A stretch of DNA of 64,000 bases, from NCBI GenBank assembly GCA_965153285.1, contig OZ229119.1. One strand, written 5' to 3'. The DNA comes from Podarcis tiliguerta. Taxonomy: Eukaryota. Shown piece after piece: positions 1-13,350 of this stretch. A program made the position numbers and the translations under genes. Below the pieces are notes generated by a model that was given only the letters and a program-made list of their open reading frames with translations, was not told the DNA's origin and searched no databases. The first letter of the stretch is position 1, and each line of letters begins with the position of its first letter.

Positions 1-10
1 TCTCCTTCAG

Positions 11-150
11 AAGGTGGTGGACTCTTCTTCCTTGGAGGTTTTTAAGCAGAGGTTGGATGGCCAATTGTCATGGATGCTTTAGTTGAGACTCCTGCATTGC
101 AGGGAGCTGGACTTGATGACCCTTGGGATCTGTTCCAGCTCTACGATTGA
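11..150 (+). mobile_element. CR1 LINE 3' end fragment
   Basis: ttggaggtttttaagcagaggttggatggcc...ctggacttgatgacccttggg...ctctacgatt matches the typical sauropsid CR1 3' terminus. Confidence 0.65.
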
Positions 151-853
151 TTTTATACCTTTGACAACAGTGCAAGCAATATTTTGAGTGGCATATCAGC
201 AGCCATCCATTAGGTGGCACCCTCAGCCATCCCTTTGCTCCCTGACACAGTAATAACTCTTAACTTTGCTAATATATTTGCCTGCTGGATATTAAGCCTC
301 AACTCTTACCCTAGGCAGTATCGATTATTGGCAAAATAGTGATCAGTTCTGCAGGGTTTGACAGTTCCTTATTTTTCAGGATGTCACTAACAATGTAGTG
401 TGTAAGGCAGGAAGGAATGGTTAAGTCACAATTTATGGATAATATGCAACTAAGTTCACTCAGAATAGACCCACTGAAACTAATGAATATGACTAAGTTG
501 TGTCCATTAATTTCAGTGGGTCTACTCACTGAAATTAATGACACTAACTTTTAATATCACCCTATGCCTCTTCAACCGAGTAAAAATGTGGCATGTTGTT
601 CCCAGGCAAATTTTTGGCACAGCAGTCCCACCAGTCCATACAGTGCAGGTCTCATGTCTTAGTGGTCTGTTGATGCACCACTGATATGCAACCGGTCTCA
701 GGATTTGCACCAGCAAAGCTATACCTTAATTTCTCAGGTAGCCTTGCCATTTGCACGGTTTACCTCTAGCCTGACAGAATAGAACAAAACTGGAAAATAA
801 GTTTTGGAATCCTGAGTTCCCGCCTTACATTCATTCCCTTTGTCTTGTTTCAG

Positions 854-3800
854 CAAGTTCACCACATTGTCAACCGGGCCCTGAAGCGCTACAGCGACGA
901 TCGCATTGGAATGGTTGATTATGCTCTTGAATCTGCAGGTATGCAAACTCTGGCTAGGCTGGTCTTTCTGTCCTGATAGCTGTCAAGAAAGGTGGCCCGT
1001 GAGCTAGAATTGGCATGTTGTTGATTACTGGTCAAACTGCTGCACGAAGGAATTGTCTGAGAATATTCTATTTCACATTAAAAACAACAACAACAATCAT
1101 GCTTCTTGCCCTCATGGTGGCAAAGAATAACCCAAAACTTTGTTGCCAGTTTCTGTTATTAACTGAAAAACCAGAAAGGTTTTTCTGCATATCCACACCT
1201 ATTTGTTTCTCAAATTTCAGCATTTTTTGTCTCTTCAGTCTCTCCCACAAGATTCAGCTTCTGCCCTCTCCCAAGAAAAGTCCCTAAACCCCAAATTGCC
1301 CATTCAGAATAATGCATGCAAATATGCACTGAATAACCCAGTTGCAGTTTGGGAATATCTTATTGTTGGAGTGGGGAATGTTAAAGGGAGTGTTCAAATC
1401 TCTTAGATTTATCAGCTGTCTGCATGAGCTCTCTTACTGCTTTGAGCAGAGGGCAAAACAATGTGTCTCTCCTTCACCCATATCTTTTTAACTGCAGGGG
1501 CCAGTGTTATCAGCACCCGGTGCTCAGAAACCTACGAGACCAAGACTGCATTGCTTAGTCTCTTTGGGATCCCCCTGTGGTACCACTCCCAGTCTCCACG
1601 AGTCATTCTGCAGGTAGGAAGGTTTTCTTAAAGGTACAATGGCCCTGCCCTACCTTTTCTTCGTTATCCAATTCTCCCCGAAGTGTCTGGTTCAAATCCA
1701 CAATACCTCACCCAGCAGATTACCTTTTTATTTAGACATTCATCCTAGAAGGTTGGTGTGTATTGACAATATCCACAACTACTCTATAAAGTAAGCTGGG
1801 ACAGAGTGTGTGTGTGACTGGCCCAGTAAACTTCATATGCAAGCAGGTATCAATATAGCGGTCTCAAATGTTGAGCTGGAGAAAATATGCTGTGTGTGCT
1901 ATTACATGCTCAGACAAAGAGTATCAAGCCTTTGCATAAACTCCCCACTAGGCAGAATCTGGAACCTGGCAGTTTACCTTCCTGAGAAACTCTTGCTTTT
2001 TGCCTTGGGTTCTTTTGCAACTATTGCCCCGGTGTGTGGTCTGAAGGCACCTTGCTAAAGCTAAGCAGATCTGGCTCTGATCTATACCTGGATGGCTGGC
2101 TGCCCAGAAACTACATGTATGGCACTTTGGGTTCCAAGATGGAAGGAAAGCAGGATATTGATGTAAAAAATTAAACAGAACTGTGGCAGTAAAAATAAAA
2201 CCACCTTGTAGGAAGCAGAGAGGTAGTGAGTGCAGTAAGGAACAGGGGTCCACATGACTTCATCACAAGGATGCGCCATATTCTACATTATAAGGGGAAG
2301 AGAGAAAGCACGTGACAGAACTGATTGCCATATTCAGCAGCATTCCCGTGTCAATTACAGCATGTCTTTCCACCTTGAACTCCTTGGAAATGAAGGCGAA
2401 ATGTATATTATAGATGGAGCAATCTGCTCCCTGACCTGCAAGGAATTCCTAGTCACCTGCCAGGTGATTTGTTAAATACTTATTAACAAATGTTTAAAAG
2501 TCCCTTTGCCCTGTTTTATATGGAATATGATAACAGTACCACAAGGTGCCAAGGGCTGTGTTAAATTTGTGTACAAGTACCAACCCAGAGATCATTGTTT
2601 TTTCCCTCTTGGTCTTTGCATATTGGAGCATCATCTCTGCTTTCAGAATGGTTAAGTCTAACATATGGCAGCCTCTTACCTAAAACTCTATGTGTTTGAT
2701 TTAATTTCAGCCAGATGTCCACCCTGGGAACTGCTGGGCATTCCAAGGCTCCCAAGGCTTTGCTGTCATTCGCCTTTCGAGCAACATCCGTCCCACAGCT
2801 GTGACGCTAGAACACATCTCCAAAGCCCTCTCTCCCAAAGGGACCATTCCCAGCGCCCCCAAGGACTTTGCGGTCTATGTAAGTCACTCTTTGTTTGGGA
2901 CTGGGGGGGGGGGAGGAGATGTTGTAGATTGGGCAAGCTTGAAAGAGGCACACTGGAGATAATTTCCCATTCTCAGTCAGAAGAGGGGAGCTTCTCCCAC
3001 AATTTGCTAGCAGGGGTTCCAATAGCATCCAGGGCTTTTTCACCAGAAGAGTTTCCTCAGATTTCTCTCTCTCTCAAAAGTACAGCAAGATGCCCTTCAT
3101 AAATTTGCCCAACTGGGTCGTCAGATGCACAGCTATTTAAGGCCCCATCTGCACAATATACATTTAAACCAATATTATTCCACTTTACACAGTCATGGCT
3201 TCCCCCCAAAGACTCCTGGGAACTGTAGTTTGTGAAGTGTGCTGAGAGGAGGCCCCTACTAACCTTACAGAGCTACTGTTGACAGATTTCCCCCGGGGAA
3301 AAGGGACTGATTGTTGCTCAGCATCTTTAGCAAACGGTACTTCCCAGTAAGCTTCATGGCCTGGGGATTTGAACCCTGGTTTCCCACGTCCTAGTCTGAC
3401 GCTACACCACACTGGCTCTCAGTTCAATCATATACATCAGCTTTCACCCACCTGGTGTCCTCCAAGTGTTTTGGACCACAACTGCCGTCAGTTGTGCTGG
3501 CTGAGGCTGATGGGAGTTGTAGTCCAAAGAGCCCCATGTTGGCCAAGGCTGATGTGCAGTGTGAATACAGATGCACCAGGCAACCCAAGAGTCTGGGGTG
3601 AAAGGAGCCATTTGTTAGAAACCTTGGGATCATTAATGATGAAGTTTGGGTTGGTACAACCAAGACTGCAGGCATATGTATGATGCACACTGATGTTAGT
3701 CTTTGACCAACTTACACTGCTGCAGCTCCCCCACCTCCCTAAGAATCCTGGGAACTGTAGTATGAATGTCTTGAAATTTCATTTGGAGCCCGAGAACCAT

Positions 3801-5442
3801 CCTGCAGAACTGCAATTCCCAGGGTATTCAAGAGGGAAAGAATGAATTGAGACAGTATAAGGCACTGCATTCACATCACTCTTTTACAGCACATGGCTTT
3901 TCTCAAAAATCCTGGGGATCGTAGTTACCCCACTCTCAGCACCCTTAACAAATGACGGGTCCCAGGTGTGGAGGTGTGAGATTCCAAAATTGCACCTCTC
4001 TTTGGGAAAGGAGGAAGAGGCATTGATGTTCATAACTACCATCAGCCTTCTTTCCCCATCCCTCTACTGCTCCCATTTGTCCCTTACCTCCTCATAGCCC
4101 TGTGTGTTTCATTTTGGCATGCAGCCACAAGACTGGCCTTTTAACCGCACTTGTGTCCCTTCCCCCTCTCTAATCCTGCGGTTGCTCTGATCTCCCCACG
4201 GCCCTCCCCTCCCCATTCTCTCACCCCCTTCCCTCCTTCTCCCCAACCTGTTTTTGTTTCCACAGGGCTTAACAGAAGAAGGGCAGCAAGAGGGCACCCT
4301 CCTTGGCCAGTTCACGTACAGCCAGGATGGGGATCCCATCCAAACATTCCACTTGCAGGTAAGGAAGGAAAAGGTGCAAGGTTTGAAGGGTGGCGGTGGG
4401 TCCAAACCCTAGCCCAGGTAGAACTGGAGAGTGTGGTAGCTTTTAGGAAGCTACCTCAGACTGAATCAGGTGACTTGGTCCATCTAGTTCAGTACTGTCT
4501 ACACTGATGGGCAGCTGGTCTCCAGGGTTTCAGGTAGGGCAGGGGCCCTCTCCCAGCCCTACCTGAAGATGCCAGAGATTGAGCCTGGGACCTCATGCAT
4601 GCAAATGCTATAACTCTTTGGGGGAAAAGGAAGCTTTGGTTGGGTTTTAAGCCAGGGGTGGAGAAGCTGCAGCCCTCCAATTGCTGCTGAACTCCAACTC
4701 CTATCAGCTGCTGCACCAGGAAGGCCAGTGGGCAGGGATGGTTGGAGTTCTAGTCCAGCAAGACAACCCCCCCCCCCTAAAAATTTATTGTATAAAATTA
4801 TGTGTAAAAAGTTACAGGACATTAGTAGGAAGCAATGCAACATGTGCTGGTTAGAAATGAAGCAGTAGAATAGGATCAGCATTACACTAGCCATAGTTGT
4901 ATGTGTAACAAATAGGATCAAGAGGGACTGAAACAATTCATTTTTGTACCTCAAGACATCATAGGACTCTTGTTCTTTATTTAAATTGAATAAATTAATT
5001 GTATTGCAGCACATGCCTAATATTTGGTGATGCTAGGTGTGGAGTAGTCAGATAAATATTACCTGTGGTGGTGGCAGGAATAAAGAGGGGTTATTGAAAT
5101 ACCCATCAACAACTCGGCTCAGGGTTGTACATCTTGTTAAGAGTGGGAAGGTGGTACCTGGGGGTGTGAGCAGTGCCAGAGCATCTCACAGAAGAGGGTG
5201 GTGGTAGAGGAGGTGGCATGGCAGCCCTGTGTCTCCAAAGAAACAAGCTTGATGCTTCTCTGGCCCTCCTCAATATTTTGCCTTTCTCTCTTCCCTCCCT
5301 GCTTCCCCCTTTTTTACATCCTCAGGATGAAGGCAGGATTGCAGCTTTCCAGCTTATTGAGCTTAGAGTTCTCAGCAACTGGGGCCACCCGGAGTACACC
5401 TGTATTTATCGTTTCCGTGTGCATGGGGAGCCGGTCCCTTAA
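854..5442 (+). CDS. SUN2: SUN domain-containing protein 2, last five coding exons (C-terminal SUN domain); gene starts upstream of the window
   Basis: GT-AG exons 854-938, 1498-1613, 2711-2878, 4266-4358 and 5326-5442 join in frame: QVHHIVNRALKRYSDDRIGMVDYALESAGASVISTRCSETYETKTALLSLFGIPLWYHSQSPRVILQPDVHPGNCWAFQGSQG...NWGHPEYTCIYRFRVHGEPVP*. This is the SUN2-type SUN domain; it also neighbours GTPBP1. Confidence 0.96.
4460..4612 (-). mobile_element. tRNA-derived squamate SINE fragment (Squam3-like)
   Basis: ttggtccatctagttcagtactgtctacactga...gatgccagagattgagcctgggacct...gcatgcaa resembles this SINE family; a related fragment lies at ~50310-50380. Confidence 0.5.
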
Positions 5443-8400
5443 CCCCTCCTGCATGCCGCAGCCTTGCTCACTGGCTACCTCAAGTTCTGCGCCTCAGACT
5501 GACAAAAGGCAGACGGAGAAAAGCAGTGTTGGAAAGGAGAGCAACTTGGGATGAGTGACGCTTCTTTTTGTTACGAGGGGAAGCATGGAGACTTCAAAAT
5601 TCCTATCCTGGTCAATTGGTTCTCTCCTAAGGGCAGGGGGTGGGGGTACCTTTCAGTATGCAGAGGGAGAAAGAGGGCTTCTTGATTTTTGGTATTTTAT
5701 ATTCAGCTTTTTGGGGGGGAAAACAAAAGCCTATGCAGTTCATCTCTTCCCCCTCCACCATCAAGGAAAAATAGTTTCTGGGTGTTCCTTTAGAAAGCTG
5801 TGCCATGATACTGTCATAGTTCTATCAGTGTTTATGTAATAATATTATATTTGGGGGGGGGAGTGTATCTATGGATTTTTTCTTTGATAAGGGTAGTAGG
5901 AGACCCCATGCTGTTGTTTTTCCCTTTCCTGGGTTGGAAAGGTTTAATTTTTCATTTATCACACTGTAAAAAGTGGTTTGGCGTTGGCTGCAAAAGGAGC
6001 CTGCACAGTAGAAAAAGACAGAGGGGGAAATTGATGTTTATTTAAATGAGAGAGGCTGCAATCCTAACCAAGCTTACTAGCAAGTAAGCCCCATTTTGCT
6101 TAGTGGGAATTACTTCAGCGTGAACATGCATGGGCTTGCCCTGTCAGGTTAAGTATTTAACAACAAAGGCTGCCGTGTTGAAAGATGGGAGAAGAGTCTA
6201 CTTTACAGTGCTCAGAGTTGGTTTTCTAATGGAACTGCTTAGCTCTGCTGATATGTGTCACTGTTGGAACTCATTCCCATTCTACAACGCTTAATTTTCT
6301 AGAGGGAATGATTATTGTCTGGCCAGCACGGTCGTGCTTGCTTAGCCTAACTCCCAGGTGTGGCAGGGCTGCTTGTTAAGTGGCAAGGGAACGCATTCTG
6401 TACATGTTCAGAGACACCCATTATCTCAGAGAATGTGCCCCAATCTTAAAATAGAGCTTACAGGGCCTTGATGAGCCCTGCTTCAAATAAACTTCATTTT
6501 CTTCCATTGTAAAGCAAACAAGGGGTGCTTGGCTCTTGTTCCGCAGGTTTTAACTCACATGCTGCTGCAATGCCCAGTGGGTTCATATGGTCAAAAAGGG
6601 CGAGGAAAATCTTTCCACATTTCTGCACCTGATCCCCACGTGCAGCAAGACAAGGTAGTATAAGCAGCTCAAGTTCTGAGGTGGTACAATGGACAGCCTT
6701 GCATTTTCCCATCCATACTGTTAGTAGAAAACTAGCAGAGGAATCTCTCCCTGCTATGCCAGTTTTTGTTCTAATTTGCAAAGGGCATTTTAAAAAACGG
6801 CATACATACCCATCTTTACTCTGAAGTGGTACGCTCTATGTGATTGCCTCATTCTTCTGCAATATATAGACTAGCCCATACGGGAAATCTCATGACTACT
6901 TGGGTAAGGTAATAGAGATCAGAATTTGTTACATTTGCCTAACATTAATATTTGCTGACTAGTTATTTATAGTAAATAGGTATCTGTAGTTGCCAGCAGT
7001 AACAGTTGTACTCTGGAGGGACAGCCTTCCTGGTATGAATACAGTATCTCATAAAATAGTGCCTTCATCTAGGCTTTTACCAAACTTAAGGCTGAAAACA
7101 CATGGGCAGTGCTGAGTACTGAAAATTTCTGAACTGAAATTAATGTAGGAGCAATCAGGGTTTCTTTCCGACCTGCCTTTTATTTTCAGGGCAAGCTGGC
7201 TGTGCGGAGTTCCGATAAGCTAGTACTTAACATAAGCAGGAGGCTGTGTCCTTCCCACCTCCCTTCCAGCTATCTGTGGAGAGTGCTGATTGCCACAACA
7301 GCTGGCCCATCGTTTTTCATTTGGGCTTGGCCATAGCAATAATGTCCATTTAGGGATGGCACTAAATAAACATTTAGAAATATAAGACATACAGGCATTT
7401 GGGGAACTGGCAAAAGCTAAGTTGTGCCCGAAAAGGGGAGCGAGAAGCTGCAAAAATTCATACTGGCTGCAGATTTGTTATGTCAGTGGAGAAGTCAGTG
7501 TGGCAGGAGGAAAAACAGTGTTTGTCCCATAGCAGAAAAACCCACTCTCACTCCTGGAGGGAGAAGCATTTGTCTTCATCCTAAATCCCAAGAGGAGTGG
7601 GCTAATGCTGTGTCCAGCTTGAGGAGTTCCCCAAGCTATGTAGAATACAGCTGGTTTCTCAACTATATCGAGGAGCCAAGTAGACTCTGAGTAAATATGA
7701 TCAAGGGCACAGTTGCACACCTTTTGAGGATGCTATGACAGAAAAGTGGCATTAGTTATGTGTAGAAGCCACTTTGGCAGTATATAAATTAATTACATAA
7801 TGACACACATCAAGTAGATAAGGGGTTGAACAGAAGACAAGCTTCTGTGCGATTCTAAGAAGCAGAACATATCCATAAGGAAATAACAGTATTAGATGGG
7901 TCTCACAGCTTCAGTGTTAAAAAAGTCATAAGGATTGATGAAGGTAGCTCAAATGACAAGAGGGCAGCTTTCCTGTTTTAAACCTGAAACCATGAGTGGT
8001 AGTGGGATTTAGCATACACTCTCCTCCACCCCAACAACAGCTTTTGCCTGGATGCTTCTGGTAACACATAATCCTGATTATAACTAAAGGGCCTAGCATT
8101 GCTAACACATATCTATCTATGCATTCTTGCTAAGCTACTGTGGAAGTACATCAACACAGTTTATCTGCTAAGCATTTCACAGCTTTGGGGAGCACTCACC
8201 CTATGAATGCTTTCCCCAGTCTGGTGCTGTTAGCTGCTCCAGCTAACACAGCCATGCGGTTTGCAGGATCAGTTAAGATGACCTTCACTATTGGAAGAGG
8301 CACATCATTCTATCAGGGTCCAGTGATAACTGCTATGCTCTTTGGTCTATGACAGAATCCTTGTGAAGTGTTTTATGCCCTTGCATGCAACAAGAGAATA

Positions 8401-9795
8401 AAAGCCAGTTCCAACAGTTTTTTACTAGAAAGCAAGTAGAAGGACCACATGGTCAAAAGCTACTCTTGCTTTGTATCCGGCAGGAGTTGCATAATCTGAC
8501 ATGCAGACATAGCAGCATTCTGGAAGGCGTGTGTGCGCGGTTTGTATTACAAAAATACACTGGCCAGGTTTCCCTGCTTTTTTCATCTGAAATACAGAAT
8601 AAGGGCTAGGAAAAAAACCCAGGCTGTTACAGGAGGGTGGATTGCGGTTAAACCTTAGGAGAAACTTCTTTAAAGGTAAGAGCAATCTGACAGTGGAACC
8701 AATTGTCTTGAGGGGTGCTGGGCTTTTGCTTACTGGATGTCTTTGGGCAGATAGCTCTTTGCTGGGAGTGATACAGCTCCAGATTCTCTGCAGTGATGGG
8801 GCAATGTTGGGTGAGGTAGCCTGAAGGACCCCAGCTGATTGTGAAATTAGGCAGTTTTAGAGGCTTGCTTCAGCTCACCATGCTTGGTAGGCAACCTGTT
8901 GTGCTTCTATAAAGCACTAGGTCAACTTATGGTGTTGGGGTGGGGTGGGATGAGGTGGGAATTTCTAATAAAAACTTGTGTGTTTTTTGTAGGCAAAAGA
9001 AAATATAGGTAACTTACTCTTGTCTTCGTACTCTCCAAGATATGGGGGGTGTAATAAGCACTGATTTTTACCTGTTCTCTACTCCTCATAAAAGAGGTTG
9101 ATGGCTAGGTTGTACTTGGGAGAGAATGGAGAGAAGTCTGTTTAGGGGTGTATAAATCCCATGTTGATCATTGTGGGGTAGTTTCCCGCAGTTGGGCTCC
9201 ATACAATAATTTATGTAGATAGGCTTCTCTGCTCACTTAGTTGCATGGAAAGAAAGGATGTGTTTAACAGACCCTAAGTGCAACAAAGTGATTAAAAATC
9301 TAGAGTGACCAAATGAACATTCAGTGAGCTTATGAATGAATGCATTTGGAAAAGCATGAAACTTTCCTGGTCCTAGGGTCTACTCAAAGCCACATCAAGC
9401 AAAGAGTAAACAGTTGAAGAATGCTGGTGAGTCATGCACATAATGGCTTCATGACAACTGTAGGCATTTCATGCTTGTGTCAGCTCCCTGACCCAGTAGC
9501 AAGGTGCTCAGATGGCATTTGCAAGGCGACAGCAAGTAGGAGGCACCTTCCAAAGCATGACTTCTTTGCCCGCTCCCTTTACTTTTGACCTGGCCTGTTG
9601 TACTCTGTCAAGCACCATGCACACTGATGGTGCTTTACAAATAATAATGCTTCTCCTATGAAAACAGTTCTGTACAAAGTGTGCTTGGATTTGTATCTAA
9701 GACTGTATGTAGCCTGTTGCAAATGCTGCACTGTTCCGTTCCTTATTTTCTATCTCTGGATTGTAATTTATGCCTATGCAAAAGAAACTCGAGAC

Positions 9796-9801
9796 AATAA
9801 A
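9796..9801 (+). terminator. Probable distal poly(A) signal of SUN2 (implies a ~4.4 kb 3'UTR)
   Basis: AATAAA preceded by U-rich, TGTA-rich 3'UTR-like sequence. Other AATAAA hexamers lie upstream (e.g. 6486), so usage is uncertain. Confidence 0.5.
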
Positions 9802-9913
9802 CAATTTTTTAAAAAAGGGTGAAGTTGACCATTGGTGAAGAGGGGACACGTTTTGGCCAGGGTGAAGGCTAGAAGCATTAGCGAGAAATAAGTTGCATTG
9901 GAGCTGTTGTCAC

Positions 9914-10124
9914 TGTCGTCCACATTTCTGTTCCTTCTGCCTGAGGTTTTTCTTTAGTCCACTGCTTTCCCCGGGAAAACCCACTGTTTACTGCTGAGTT
10001 GGAACAAGCCTCAATCTGCAAAAAATTTGATTGACATTTGTTCCAATTCAGTCATACACAGCAGGTTTTCCCAGGGAAAGCAGTGGGACTAAAGAAAAAC
10101 CTCTCAGACAGTGTGGATGAGCCC
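9914..10124. mobile_element. Palindromic MITE (PIF/Harbinger-like)
   Basis: Long imperfect inverted repeat (gaggtttttctttagtccactgctttccccgggaaaacc / ggttttcccagggaaagcagtgggactaaagaaaaacctc); right end gtgtggatgagccc. Confidence 0.6.
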
Positions 10125-11289
10125 TCAGTCAGTGCAGGAACACACATTCAAACTCAACATTATGAAGCCAATGGGAGGGGGGGAAAGGAGGGGGGGAAAG
10201 GAGAAATCCCCCCTTGTGTGTTGTTTACATTATAAGCCTGCAGGCAGAAACTGTCCTGTTTCAATTGATTGTATGTAAGCTGCTCTGGGAGCCGTTTTGA
10301 CTGAAAAGTGGATACAAATGCTCTTGTAAAATTCAGCCAATGCCCTTATTTTTAATTGCAGCAATTTTGATGAACCAAACAAAAGCCTGGCTCTTATCTG
10401 TGCCTAGATGGGAAACAGAACAGGGTTCATGACTGCAGAGACGTCTGCAGCTTCTAGCCCCTTTCCAACATAGTTGTATTTTGCAACTACTGCAAACCAC
10501 AAACTTGGGAGACTTTGGTAATTTAAACACTATAAAAATGCCATAAATAAGCAAGTGGGACAGCTGAGTTCCAACTGCATTGCCTCCTGGTCCATTGCAA
10601 ACTACCATTCAATATATTTTGCTACTTAAGTTTAAAGTGCAATTTAAGCCACTCTGAAAACCACTCCACTTATAAGAGCAGGGTACAAGTACTGAAAATA
10701 GAAATGTAAAAAATTAAAACCTACTATTCCAACATATTTTCTATATGTTAAGTTCATTCTCTCCAGCTCCTATCATCTGAAAGATCACCAGCAAGGTTTG
10801 GCAATACTTAATCATTTTCCATGTGTTTGATGGGCTTAACAGACCAGCAGCATTTCTCCAGCAGATGCACCTTCTCACAAGGAGGGAGGATGCTACAACT
10901 AATGACATTTCCCCATGTGTCACTATTAAAAGAGAAGTCCTTTCCTCCTTTTAAAAGTTTGGCAATACCTTTTGACTTTCGGCTTCTGCTTAGGTGCTGA
11001 AGTTCACTGGTATACTGCCCAGTTGCCAACTTTCATTCCTTTGCCTTTAACAGCTGCACGAATAGCAGGAATTCAGCAGACAGGAGCTAGCATGATTGAA
11101 ATGCAGTGGTTAGAATGTAGATAAGGACTAGGACTGGGGAAGACACTGGTTCAAACCCCCACACTGCCATATAAAGCTTACCGAGTGACCTTTGGTCTCT
11201 GCACCTCACCTACTTCATAGTGTCATAGTGTACACTGCTCCCCAACCTTGAGCTGCTTGGGAGAAAAAATGAGGGGGAAATGTAAAATA

Positions 11290-12879
11290 CCGTATTTTTC
11301 GCTCTATTGGACGCACCGGACCACAGGACGCACCTAGTTTTTAGAGGGGGAAATCAAGGAAAAAAATATTATTCCCTCCCCCCAGCCCCAAAGACCAAGG
11401 GACAGGCTGCGTGCAGCCTGTCCGCTTCTCCCAGAGCTTCTCGGGGCTGTGGGGGAAGCCTGGGTTTCCCCCGCCCCAGCCCCAAAGAGCAAGGAAGCCA
11501 AGACAGCGAGCGGGATCCATAGCCGCTCAACCTCTCCAGCCAGGAGCTAAACCTTTCCAGCGCAGCTAAAGACAAGGCAGCGAGCGCGATCCATCCCGCT
11601 CACTGCCTTGGCTTCCTCTTTAGCCTTAAGCAGCATCTTTAGCCTTGCACAACGGGGTGGATCGTGCACGCTGTCCACCGGGGCTGGACTAGATGACTCC
11701 TGGGGTTCCCTTCCAACCCTGCAATTCTGTGACCTCGGATGTTGTTCGGGGTCTCCACCACTGGAGGCTTTTAAGCAGCGGTTGGGGGACCATCTGCCTG
11801 GCGTTCTTTAGCTGTGATTCCTACATTGTGAGGGGGCTGGGCTAGATGACCCTCGGGTGGCCCTCCCAACTCTATACAGTCCTACACTTCTGCGACAGGA
11901 GATCCACAGCCACTTCACACAATGCCCACTCCCAATTTTCATCGGAGAGACATGTGGCTTCACTGTCTAGGTAGGTACCCCCCTACCTGCCACCCTTCCC
12001 TCACCCCACTTAAGCTGAGGGAATTCCTGCCCAGAGAAGCTCCCAGGTGAGGCAAGGGTTAAGATCTACCTCTGGTAAATGGCTTTGTATCCTCCCTCTT
12101 TCCCTTTTCTCTTCTTCTTCTATGCTAGTTCCTTCTCTTCTGTTTTGTTTACCGTAATCTGTTTTTATTGTATACTAAAATAAAAGCTGGAAAGGTTCCT
12201 TTTTTATAATATTCCCCCCCTCCAAACTAAAACGTTAATCTAGATAAAAACACTGATCCAGAGGAAAAGAAGGGGGTGGAGAAAGGAGAAAGATAGAGAG
12301 ATTTTTTAAAAGTTGGCTTCTTTAGCCTTGCTCAGCCTCCCGTGGCTGGAGAGGCGCGCAAGGCTAAGGAGGAAGCGCGCGCAGCGAGGGGATGGATCGC
12401 GCTCGCTGCCGGGCTTCCTCTTTAGCCTTGCTCAGCCTCCCGTGGCTGGAGAGGCGCACAAGGCTAAGGAGGAAGCACGCGCAGCGAGGGGATGGATCGC
12501 GCTCGCTGCCGGGCTTACTCTTTAGCCTTGCTCAGCCTCCCGTGGCTGGAGAGGCGCGCAATGATAAGGAGGAAGCCCGCGCAGCGAGGGGATGGATTGC
12601 GCTCGCTGCCCGGGCTTCCTCTTTAGCCTTGCTCAGCCTCCCCGCGGCTGGACAGATTGCGCAAGGCTTTTCTAGAGGAGGGAGAAGGGACTGACTGACC
12701 GTGTCAGTCCCTTCTCCCTCCTGGGGAAAAGCCCGCAAGAGCCACACGAAGCTTGTGTGTGGCTCTTGGGGGCTTTTTCTGCCTGCCTCCCCCCCCTGCA
12801 TTCGCTCCATAGGACGCACAGACTTTTCCCTTTAGTTTTTAAGACGGAAAAACTGCGTCCTATGGTGCGAAAAATACGG
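11290..12879. mobile_element. Long non-autonomous Tc2/pogo-like (TcMar) DNA transposon with composite interior
   Basis: TIRs CCGTATTTTTCGC...GCGAAAAATACGG flanked by TA (11288-11289, 12880-12881); terminal ~80 bp at each end match the 259-bp copies elsewhere in the window. Confidence 0.8.
12315..12645. repeat. GC-rich tandem minisatellite, ~100-bp unit, ~3.3 copies
   Basis: tttagccttgctcagcctccc recurs at 12321, 12421, 12521 and 12622. Confidence 0.9.
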
Positions 12880-13312
12880 TACCTATTGCCAACACAAGAG
12901 GGTACAAAGTTCACGTGCACTGGAATACGTGGGTGCTGTTCACCTGACTATTACACTGTGGCCCATTGTAGTCTTCCTGATAAACTACCTCCCCCCTTAA
13001 AGTTTTGTACTCTTGTCAATAATAGCAAAAATAAACAAAATGAAAGTAGGGGCTCATTTTGCATACAGTGCGCAAAATGGCCCTTCTCTTGTGGTCAGCA
13101 CTACTAACACCCCTAACTAGGCACATAAACCAAGGTGTGTTCCTAGCCCAGGAGAGCAGCCAGCCCTGATCTCAAGGAGTAGCTTCAGCTTTGCATGATC
13201 CCTGCTTGAAAACATCTAAGCCTCCCCTCTGACACATGCAGATTCAGAGGTACCAACGCAGTCACTGCTCCATTCCCTCTACAGTTGGAAGAACTGACAA
13301 AGAACAAAGCCA

Positions 13313-13350
13313 TTTAATTTTAAAACTTTAAACAAACCTTTCTTTTTATT
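13313..13350 (-). terminator. GTPBP1 poly(A) signals
   Basis: Minus-strand AATAAA (13345-13350) and ATTAAA (13313-13318), followed by a GU/U-rich tract, ~1.9 kb past the stop codon. Confidence 0.6.

Noticed and set aside
12313-12694. Repetitive ORFs; CRISPR-like appearance of the 100-bp repeat
   Set aside because: Units are contiguous near-identical tandem copies without unique spacers, there are no cas genes, and the context is a eukaryotic transposon.
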